Positions 54,254 through 64,000 of a stretch of DNA of 64,000 nt are shown here, one piece after another. The number at the start of each line of letters is the position of its first letter. Within the stretch, counting starts at the first letter, position 1. The notes beneath the pieces are model-generated. The model made no database searches. It worked only from the letters and a program-made list of their open reading frames with translations, and was not told where the DNA came from. The stretch comes from the human T2T-CHM13v2.0 reference genome, Homo sapiens, in the NCBI RefSeq assembly GCF_009914755.1, contig NC_060940.1. The stretch is one strand, 5' to 3'. Both the position numbers and the translations under genes were made by a program.

Positions 54254-55189
54254 TAGGGAACAGCCACTATGTTCTAACTTTGGGGAAACATCATTAAGAT
54301 CTCTGAATTACTGGGTCACAGAGGAAGGGATTTCAAGACCACCTGCTGACATTTGACGATTTTGCTCAAGGAAGGTTCCTGGAAGGGTGGGGCCACTCCC
54401 ATGAGACAGCACAGCTCAGCAGAGCTGAACGGCTCACCCCCCACCCCCCCCCAGCTTACCCCCTACATTGCCGATGGCCTTCTGTGCCAGGGATAGGGGC
54501 CCTGGAGCCATCGGCTAAAGGAGGCCCAGCACAAAAGGTGCCCAAGTTTATTGAGGGTTCTGGGCTAGAAGTTTAAGGCAGTAATACTGGAGAGAACCTT
54601 CTTCGTGGTGACTCTAGCTTTGGGGACGCTAAGCATGGTAGCATTTGGCACAGACCCATGAGTTTAGACACTTGGAGATTTGAGCGTTTGGGTGAGGGTG
54701 ACGATGATGGTGGTGGTGGTCCTTGTGGTCCTGATGAACTCGGCTAACATTTTAGAGGGTTTGCAGCAATGGAGAAAACACAGCCCCAGACTCATGGAAC
54801 TTGCGTTCTGGCAGTGGGAGGTGTACAAACAGCATCCCTCACAGTAATCCTTCTACACAGATGTTATGCTTATTCTACACTCAAGGAACCGAAGCTCAGA
54901 GATGCGCACATCTTGCCCAACCCACACAGCAGGTGGTGGTGAGCCTGGATTTGAACTGCCTTGTCCGTGGGGTGGTAGAGATTTGAGCTGAGAAGACACA
55001 AGTGCCTCACCAAAACTCGTGGGAGTATTTTGTTCTCAGGGGTGACTGAGCAAGCCATTTCCTCTTGACCCAGCTTAGCTCAACCCTTCAAAGGACCAGA
55101 GAATGGTATGTGTGTCTCTTTCTCTTTAAGCAAACTTTCCTTAGGGGAAAAGAAAAAGCCATGCCACAAGGCAGAAGAAAGTCGCAGGA

Positions 55190-55505
55190 ATGAGGCTGTG
55201 CGGCCAGGCCTCGCGGCCACCCACCGGCTTGTGAGTGGGAAGCAGTGGGATTTCCTCCCGGGCAAACCGACCCACCCCCCACCCCCCCGAAGCGGGCCAG
55301 AGAGGTGTCCTCCGTGGGTCAGGAAGGGTCGACGCCCCCTCCTTCCCTCAGCCGCCTCCCTGCAGCATCCGGCGCCCCCATCCCCCTGCCCGCCAGATTC
55401 TGCGGAGTCTGCGAAACAAAACCGCCATTGTTTCCAGCCGGGCTGCTCAGGAAAAACAACAGGTTTTTCCACTTTGGGGCCTTTGTAGATGTGGATGCTC
55501 CGCAT
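55190..55505. promoter_or_regulatory. CpG-rich non-repeat segment (small CpG-island-like element)
   Basis: Many CpGs, GTGGGAA (RBPJ-type), GGGATTTCC (kB-like), C-tracts. Confidence 0.4.
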
Positions 55506-55996
55506 GCTTCTCCTCCGCTGCAGAAGGCTGTGGTCTTCTGTTCATTTCGTCAGGAAATACTCTGGGAACTCTCCAGGGCCACGGCAGCTGGGGGCCCTTC
55601 CAGCCTCCAAACTTAGGGGTTCCCTGGGACCCCAGAATCCCTATGAGCCCCAGGATCTCCCAACCTGACAGCCACCCCCAGGCACCGCGCTCTTTCTCCT
55701 CCCAAGATGCCTCTCCTCTGCGTCTCACCCCCACCTGCACTCACACGAATGTCCCAGGGTCTCCACACACCGTGGCCCCCAAGCGGCCTCCCCAAAGTCC
55801 AGGCGCTGATCCCTCCTTCCAGGGAGAGACCCCTGACCCTGGGGTGGGGGGCTCCAGGCTCCGCCGAAGACCCTCCTGGACATCTGAGCAGCAGAGCTGA
55901 TGTCTTACTCCTAGAACACAAGCCCCATCAGGACATTTACAGATTTACATATTTTTTCTGTAAATCTAAAACTGTTTTAGAATAAAAAGTCACTTT

Positions 55997-56322
55997 TTTT
56001 GTTTTTTTTGTTTTTTTTTTTGTTTTTTTGTTTCGAGACGGAGTCTCACTCTGTCACCCAGGCTGGAGTGCAGTGGTAAGATCTTGGCTCACTGAAACCT
56101 CCGCCTCCCGGGTTCACGTGATTTTCCTGCCTCAGCCTCCTGAGTGGCTGGGATTACAGGCGCACACCACCATGCCCTGCTAGTTTTTTTTTTTTGTATT
56201 TTAGTAGAGACAGGGTTTTACCATATTGGTCAGGCTGGTCTCACACTCCTGACCTCAAATGATCCTCCCACCTCGGCCTCCCAAAGTGCTGGGATGACAG
56301 GCGTGAGCCACCGTGCCCGGCC
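55997..56322 (-). mobile_element. AluS SINE with 13-bp TSD
   Basis: TSD AAAAAGTC(A/G)CTTT at 55984-55996 and 56323-56335. Confidence 0.95.
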
Positions 56323-56744
56323 AAAAAGTCGCTTTAAAAAGCATTTGGCTGAATGAGGGAACGAGTGTTTCCACAATATGACACGATGTCAGGCTCAGCC
56401 TAAGGCCTTGGACTGAGCAGGTTTTGATGAGCTCTGGGCCCCTGGCCACGGTTGCATCTCCGGCCGTCAGGCCTAAGCCTCGCTCTGGGGACTGTCTAGA
56501 GTGGTAGGTGCCGGTCTGGGTGCACACACGTGTCCCTTGTGTTTGCTGCTGGGAGGACGCCGCTCTCACAAATTTTGAGAAATTGGCTGGGTTTAGGAGA
56601 GTGGAGAGGCCTTACTCTTTTACAAAACTGCTTGATTTTTGACGTTCTTCTCAGTCATGCTCAGCGGCTCCCTGTTGACTAGGATATAGAGCTAAATGCC
56701 GTCATTTCTTTTCTCCATGATCAAATCTCAAACCCATCTGTACT

Positions 56745-57035
56745 GGCCCCAGAGATATCAGATCCTAATCCCTGGGACCTGTGAATGCTACTTTACACGG
56801 AAAAAAAGGGTCTCTGCAGATGTGATTGAACTGAGGATCTTGAGATGGAAAGATTGTTCTGAACCATGGTGGGGCGGCGTCTGATGTCATCAGGAGGTCC
56901 CGATAAGAGGGAACAGAAAGAAGTTTAAGACACGGAGAAAAGGAGGAGGCTGCGTGGCCACGGACGCAGACACTGGTGTGATGCAGCCATGACCAAAATG
57001 CCTGCAGCCCCAGGAAGACAGAAACACGGCGGGGA
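56745..57035 (+). mobile_element. MLT1C/D-like MaLR LTR fragment
   Basis: TCCTAATCCCTGGGACCTGTGAATG...CTCTGCAGATGTGATT...GAGGATCTTGAGATGG. Confidence 0.82.
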
Positions 57036-60000
57036 GGATCAAGTGAAAATGGGGAGCCCGGGCCAGCGTCTGGGGGTCTTGGAGCCTGACGGGGGCTTCC
57101 TGGTTGACAGCTGGGATGGGGTCCAGAGAGGCTCGAGCATGCTGCGACTACCCCAGGAGGCAATCAGCGATCTCACGCATGGTGGGCGGGACACAGGTGG
57201 GCCCTTCTGGGGCCTCAGCTGCTGATGCGGGTGGGAGAGGAAGGAGCCCGCCTTTGAGGGAGGCAAAGTGTGCAGAGAGAAACACTTCGAGGTTCCTTTT
57301 CCTTGTGAGAAAAGCCCTGGGTGCCACCGCCCCTCACACGGCACCACCTGCCCCTCCCTGTGGCAGAGGCTGTCCCCATTCCATTTTGGGCTGGGGGAGG
57401 CTTGTGGTCCAAGGCTAAGGGGTAAGTACATGTGCCCCAGCCCTGGAATGCACAGTAGGTCATGCCCCCCGCTGAGGAATTGCCAGAGGCAGGGGACTTG
57501 TCTGATGTCACAGCTGGCCTCACCCAGTTCTGCTGACGGATGGGCAGCCACAGGACCCCAAGTCCTGAAGCTTTGGGAAGTATGAGCCTGTCCTCTAGAA
57601 GGGCAGGTCCTGGCCTTTGTAAAGAGCTCATTTTGGTGGATTGAGAACCTGTAGAAGTGAAATTAATGAGCTGAAAGTGACACCTGCCTTTGACACAGAA
57701 AGTCCACCAGCCGCTCCTCCCCCAGCCCTACCACAGGGCAAGTTCTTGGCCCTGTGCAGGTCTGTCTCGGGTGGGGGCTGCCTCGGTTAACTCCCCTTCC
57801 CGTGGCTGTGGGGAGAGGCAGGGAGCAGCTGTAGAAACCAAGAATTCCGTCTGGATCTTCAGGGTGAAGGCTGTTTGCTGGCTGTTCCCTGCTGGTGGCA
57901 CAGAGGGCTTCTGTGGATGAGGACTCGGAGGCCCCCTCTCTGAGCCCAAGGAAGGCCTCACACCCCAGTGAACCACAGAACAGGGGCCACGGCACTGCAC
58001 TGGCTGAAGCTCCGGCCTCCTCTCCCTCCCACCATCTGTGCGGGATGGCTGGCTCATCCCAAATCAACTTCCTGGAGCTTTCCGAGGCCGATCTGTGAGT
58101 GACAACCAGGTGAGCTGCAGGCTGCACCGACATTTCCACCTCACTCAGCCTTCTGGATTGTAGAGACTATGTCTGCACTCAGCATTAGCGAAGGAATTGG
58201 ATTCTTGGGATTGGGGGAATCGGAGGGAAGAGGCCTTTTCCATCCCGGTGGTAGCAGAAGTGGAAATCTGTGCTGGAAATAAAACACCCTGAAATAACAG
58301 AAGAACTGGACATACTCCAGAGGGTTTTGAAGAAACCATCCCAGAGCAAGAAGGCAGGCTGGCTGCTCAAAGAGCCAAGGGGTGGGGCATTTGAACTGCA
58401 GTTCAGTGACTGGAGAGGGGCCATTTGGGGCAGTGGCTTCCAAACCAAGTGGCTGGGCTTTGGTGGATGGGGAGCAGTCCATCATAAGCTACAGTTTGCA
58501 GGTCACGGATGGCTGCAAATTTCCTCCACGGCCGGAGGAAGATGGGCCCTTCCATGGGGCTGTCTAGGGCTCCGGGGCAGCTCTGGAAAAGACAGCCATG
58601 AACTTGGCCACGGGCAGGAGCCTGCAGAGTCCCAGCAGAGACCCCACCACCTGGGGGGCAGAGGCTCCCTATTGGGGTCCCCTCCTGGGGTCCTGGATCC
58701 CCACAGACCAAGCACAGGCCGACAATTTCCCTGCCCTCACGCATCTTGGAAGGCTTGGTGCTGGGCAGGGCCAGGGATGCTTCAGTGAGTTCTAAACATT
58801 CTCAGTGGATCAAAGATTCTCATAAACAGAGGCCTAAGTGCTTACATGGAAATTCCCAGTGGTTTATCTTGGGAATTAGTTAAGTGCAATAAAACAGGCT
58901 TCTGGCAGATCTGCGTCCTGTGGTGGCGTGACCCCCACACAGCCTCCTACGGACGAGCTCTGACCCACTTGAGTGGGGCTGGGCTCCCTCTCAGTGGAGG
59001 AGCACGTTTCATTAGGGACAGCTGGGGATCGTTCGCAGAAATGCAGGCGTGGCCCCCGGGAGAAGCAGACCTGTGAAAATCCGGACTTTGAACATGGAAG
59101 TAAAAAACAAGCTCTGTATGAGAACTAGGAGTCTCCAGGGATTCGTGTCTGAGTTCCTCTCTGCGAAGGAGCTTGCTGGCACTGGTCTGTCCGACCCCGG
59201 GGTTTACAGAGACTCAGGTTCCCAGACGATACTGCGTCTCCATGGCGTCCAGCGAAATGCCTCCCCCACCCCACCCAGTGGTTGGGCCTGTGGGGTAGAA
59301 AACGAACTGGGGGATTGGGATTCACTGGTGTACTCAACAGATGCATACGAGGCCCCTGTTGCAGGCTGGGCTCTGCCAGGCCGCTGTAGTACGCCGAGGT
59401 GAGTCCTCTGTGAATCGGGAATGCCCGCTCCCAGTGTCTGCCCAGAAAGCTGCACTTGTCCTGGGCCGCTCGCGGGAAGAGGTCACCCAGCAGGGAGATG
59501 TTCTGTGCCAACGTGTGCGGGGCCCCAAGGAGACAGAGGGAGGGGCAGGCGTGTGGGCCATGGTGGGGTTGGTTGGCTGAGGGCATGGGGTGCCCATGTG
59601 GGCAAGTCCCTGGGACCTCCTGAGGAGGGTGGATTGGGACTTTGCCGAGAGGCTCAGAAGGGGTCAAGGGTGCAGTGGGCAGCTCAAGCCTCCCTTTTCC
59701 GAGGGGTTCAGAGTCGCCAGAGGACCCGTAGCCCCTTGCAGCAGCAGCAGTGGCAGATGGACAGACTTTGTGGGAAGGGCCCTGCAGACACCGCCTCTCC
59801 CATCCCAGAGGTGCCTGTGAGGCAGAGGAGGAGAGGAGGCCTGCTGAGAACAAACCCTGGGTCCCCCACCTCCGAGACTGATGCACCGGGCAGAGGCCAC
59901 CTTCCTGCCTCCTTGCTGGGGCATCTTCCCCTTCCTGCTGACCTGTGTGGCCATGAGACCCCGGGCTGGGCTGACCAGAGCCCTGGAACAAGCTCACAGA

Positions 60001-62206
60001 AAGCGCTTCTCCACTTCCCAGGGAGCCTCCTGCCCACACCAGCCTCCCTGTGGCAGGCCCAGTGTCCACGCCACATGCACTCATGGAGCTCGGCCCCTGG
60101 GAGACTTACTCCCCACCCCCCAGGACCTGCTCCTGGCACCAAGCTGGCCACAGGGGCCACGTCCTCTGCATGTAGCAGGCCTCAGGGACGGCCCTGCCCA
60201 CAAGGTCACTCTGCTCCTGGGTCCTCAGGCCCCTTTGCTTCCAGGAGGAGCTTGTCCTTCCTCCTCCCACACCAAAACCCACAGAGAGGAGCGGACGCCC
60301 CGTGGCTCCTGCCCTGCCCTAGGCTGGCCACCCCTCATGCAGCTCAACTCCCACGTATTCCTGGGGCCGGGGCAGGCCAGCCCTGATGCCCACCTTCCTC
60401 TCTCCCATGGCCCCCTTTGAGGTGAGCCAGCCCTGTCTCCAAGCCTGGGGTGCTGTAGAGATGCCTCCTCCTGTCTGCTGGCTCCAGGACTGTCCCCTGC
60501 TCTGCCCCCGCCCCAGCCTCCCCACCTATGCATGTTCACAGCCCCATGGCACCTCCCAATACCTGCTGAGCTCAGCCCTGGCCCCTCATCCCAGCCCCAT
60601 CTTCCTCCCACATCGTCCTCCCCAGCACCACCGCCTGACCCCTGCATGGCCAGAGGAAACACACCTTTGTCCGGCCTCCCAGCCCAGCCACAACTCAAGC
60701 TCAGCACAGGTCCCCGCTCCCCCGAGCCCCTCCCAGTCTGGTCCTGCTCGTCCCATACCTGCTGGGCTTTGGCGCAACCCTAGGCTGCCTGGCCACACGG
60801 CCCCCCGCCTTGCACCCTCACACCAGGCACAGGCAGTACTTCTCAGATGCTCACTGGGCTGCTTTCCAGTGGGTCTGGGGGCTCCTGAGGGTGACTGTGG
60901 CCTCTCCCCCACGTCCTTCCTGTCCTCATCCAGGGAGCGGGCACACAGGACTGACTGCGGTTCTGTGCTCAGCAAGGGAGACGCCCATTTTCTTCGAGGA
61001 TTTCCTCTGGCGCTGACCTACTAGATGCGTGAGGTCAAGGGACGGGGGCAGGGCAGAGGAGTTCAGGTTTCAGCAGCTGCCACTCCACCCTCGTCCTGTC
61101 AGGGACACCTCGGGCCAAGGCGCTGTCTGGATTTTAGCCAGCAATGGGGAGTCCCGCTCTGCCCTGGCCACCGCCCACTGTCTCGTGTGAGTGAGTCACC
61201 GGCTGCTTCAGCTCCCTCCTCCTCCAGGGGTGACTTCACCCAGTCGGCTCTCACTGACCAAGAAAGGGATCCAAGAAATCAGGGGTGTGGAGGCAGGAGG
61301 CCAGGGGCCTTCCTGGGACCCCTCAGGAGGTTCCCCTAGCACCACTCGCAGGCAGAACAGCCCAGCCTCACCCCGAGGGCTGCGGGAGGTGCTGCTAGAA
61401 AATCACTTGGGGCTTCCTTTTGGCCTCCCAGTGAGTCATGAGGGCTGCGGCACAGAGGGGCAGGGGGACATCCAGGAGGGCTGGGTGCTCCTGCTGCTGT
61501 CCTGGGAGGGGGCACGTCAGTGTCCAGCGGGGCCGGGTGCATCCAGTAAAGGAGTGCGTGCAGCGTGTGGCATCTGAGCAAAGCTGGAGTCACACCGTGT
61601 GGCTGGGGACCGCAAACTCCTCACTCAGCTCCCCCCAGCCTCAATGTTCCCGTCTGTGAAGTGGGGCACAGGAAACCCGCCCATCCTGGGTCACAGGGTG
61701 CTGGAGGAGCAGACGGGAGTGGGTTGTGCCCTGCGAAACTCTGCACCTCGGGAGGTGGCACGTCTCTCCCGCAGCCTCACTGGGGTGTGTGTGGCCCAAC
61801 CTGGGGATCCCCGCCGGCTTCTCCACTCCCTTGGCTGCCTCCAGGCTCAGCAGAGGTGGTTTCTGTCCTTCGGTTTGGATGAAGGTGGTTGGCTCAGCGG
61901 AGACCATCTTTCTCTGGTAAATGGGAACAGAGGCCCAGAGGGGATGGGATTGGCCCAAAGTCGCACATGACGGGCCCTGACTGCCCGGCCAGCTCCCCAC
62001 CCCCAACAAGCTTGAGCTGCCACCCCTAAGTGCCAGGCTTCCTGGAGGGCCCCTGCCCAGGCAGCAGGCCTGAGCTCCATGGGGATGGTGGCCTGTGCCC
62101 TCCGACAGACACGGGGTTGGCCACTACTGAGGGTCAGCAGCGTGTGAGGCTGGCTGGTCACTGTGAGGCTCAGGAGGGCAGGGGGCCCAGGCCTCCATGG
62201 AATACA

Positions 62207-62332
62207 GGGCCACTGGGAGGCCGGGTTCACGCTGCAGGGACAGCAGTACTGGAGCTATGGGGGGACTTGGGGCCACTGGGAGGCCAGGTCCACGCTGACC
62301 ACAGGGATGGCACTGCTGGAGCTACAGGGAGG
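62207..62332. repeat. About 63-bp tandem duplication
   Basis: GGGCCACTGGGAGGCC.GGT.CACGCTG...CAGGGA..GCA...CTGGAGCTA twice. Confidence 0.8.
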
Positions 62333-62469
62333 TTGCTGGGGCCGCTCTGGCTGAGCTCCCAGGTGCCAGGCCCCAGGCTCCAGGAGACAGCACGGCCTGT
62401 TGTGCACACGAAGGAACCAGGAGCAGGGAAGGTCACTCGTGTCCTCGGGGTCTCACGGTTGCTGGGGTA

Positions 62470-62918
62470 TGTTCAAGTCAAAATAAAAATGTAGAGGCGA
62501 ATTTCCAAGTTTAACGTTTTATTTGGGAAGAAAGGATTGCATCTTGGGGCATATGTGCCGACCAGGTAAATGGTGGAGGTTGGAGAAGCAGTAGAAGGTT
62601 GGTGGTTTTACAAGAAAGGAGAAGGTTACCTATTGCTCTTTGAGAAAGTTCACTGGCGCTGGGAAAGTTCTGAGGACCTGGGACGTGCTGGTCAGTGTGA
62701 CAGCTGTGAGCAGAATTCCTTCTGGAGTTGGAGCAAGTGACCTCAGCAGCTGTGGATAAAACTGGTCCCAGGTGACAAAAGGCAGTTTCAGCAGCTGGAC
62801 TTGCAGAGAATTCCATTCTTGGAGCAGTGTTGTGCCCTGAGTACTTTTCCCCTGCCTTCCGAAGGCAGTTTTAGTTGGTGTGACAAGAATGACACACTTT
62901 GTATGATCAGTGTTTATA
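62470..62918 (-). mobile_element. ERV solo LTR (LTR47-like, family tentative)
   Basis: Reverse strand has TGATCATACAAAG...CATTCTTGTCA...CTCAGGGCACAACACTGCTCCAAGAATG, with AATAAA near its 3' end. Confidence 0.6.
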
Positions 62919-63779
62919 GGTGTGAGCTTGGTGGTGGGGGCATCCTCTGCAAACTCATCCCAGCCATAACCAGGGGGGCCCTGGAGCAGCAGCCCCCGCC
63001 AAGGCCTCGGGAACTGGATTCCAGGCGCTCCGGGTGCCCGGCAAGAGGACCTGGGTGTCCGTGGGTCAGGACTCTGGAGCTCACTCTATCTGCCTTCTCC
63101 CTGCGGCTCACACTGGCCGGTGGCACCCTCCATTGGCGCCCTCACTCTCTGCATGTGGTCTGTCCGTGTCACTCATCTGCCCCTGTCACTTTGGCTTATT
63201 TATACCTTGCTGCCGAGGGCTTGCTCCTGACCGTGGCTGCCATGGAGCCCCACCTCCACCCGTCACCACATCGATTCTTTCCCTGTGGCCCCGTTTAAGT
63301 GCCCCAGGGAGGAATCTGGCCCAGTGCCTTCTTGCCCAGCCTCATTTCAGTGCCAGTCGCGAAAGCCCAGGGATTGTCTGCCCGGGAGCCCGGCGCACAC
63401 CCCTGGACACAGAAGTGCTGTCCGTTCAGACGTGGTAAGGAGGGGTCCGGGGGCCAGCTCTGCTCATCTCCTCATGCCCAGGGCTGGCCCACCATGGGCA
63501 CAGAGCAGCACATGGTCAGTGAGGCTGGAAATAAAGAGCCTACTTTTCCCGGCTGAGCTGAGTCCCTTTTGGTTCCAAATGGATTCTGTGTTCCTCCCTC
63601 TGGGGCAGGCTGGCCTGGCAGGAGGTCACCACACAGGGCCCCCAGGTGTGGAGTGGGTCCCTGGGGGATAAGGGCTGAGTGGAAATGGAGGGGAGGGTGC
63701 ACCTGTTGGGGGATTGACTTACCCAAGTCCAGGAGGAGGCTGTGCTGGAGGCACGGGGTCAGCAGGGACACCGTGGCTG

Positions 63780-64000
63780 TTTGCAGGTCGGGCTGTTTGG
63801 GATAATGCAGCGATGAGTGTCCGGTATGTTTCACTTCACTCACATAGATTCCTTGGGGTGGCACTGCCAGGTCCTGAGTAAGCCGACCTTTCACCTTTTA
63901 ACAGCACCAGCTGGCTTTCCAAAGCGGCTGAGCCATTTCCCATGCCCCCCGGCAGCAAGGGAACCGATTTCTCCACATTCTTACCGGCTCCTGCCATCCT
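63780..64000 (-). mobile_element. Old L1M fragment, GC-shifted
   Basis: CCAGCTGGCTTTCCAAAGCGGCTG.GCCATTT.CCAT.CCCC..GGCAGCAA...TTTCTCCACATTCTTACC. Confidence 0.6.

Noticed and set aside
58270-58788. 172-aa ORF with a protein-like N-terminus
   Set aside because: Non-ATG start, no recognisable family, and the remainder has random GC-type composition.
59125-60420. Overlapping 319-321-aa ORFs on both strands
   Set aside because: GC-rich chance frames with no recognisable domain.

Overview
Non-coding primate (almost certainly human) genomic DNA. GC-rich unique sequence (about 1-7 kb, 17-45 kb and 54-64 kb) alternates with AT-rich blocks of old L1 (about 7-17 kb and 46-54 kb). I can support no protein-coding gene, tRNA, rRNA or CRISPR array. 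The long ORFs in the track come from minisatellites, microsatellites, Alus or GC-rich chance frames. The window holds about 20 Alus, fragmented L1M/L1PA, MIR/L2, nine MLT1 LTRs, THE1, MER4-, MER61- and LTR47-like LTRs, MER5A and many tandem repeats. Repeat families were assigned from memory of the consensus sequences, so subfamily calls are tentative. I did not find a new multi-gene system. The best leads are: (1) a 31-bp VNTR born inside an L1MC 3' UTR, with a PRDM9 hotspot motif in nearly every unit and an unexpanded homologous L1 segment in the same window; (2) a 31-44 kb stretch dense in AP-1 sites, including a (GAGT/GAAT)n microsatellite with five perfect AP-1 sites; (3) a GATA-GATA-ONECUT-FOX cluster at 25.7 kb; (4) a compact hairpin at 4.96 kb; (5) an antisense bias of L1/LTR elements plus a candidate plus-strand exon, suggesting the window lies inside a plus-strand transcription unit. 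I could not identify the locus.
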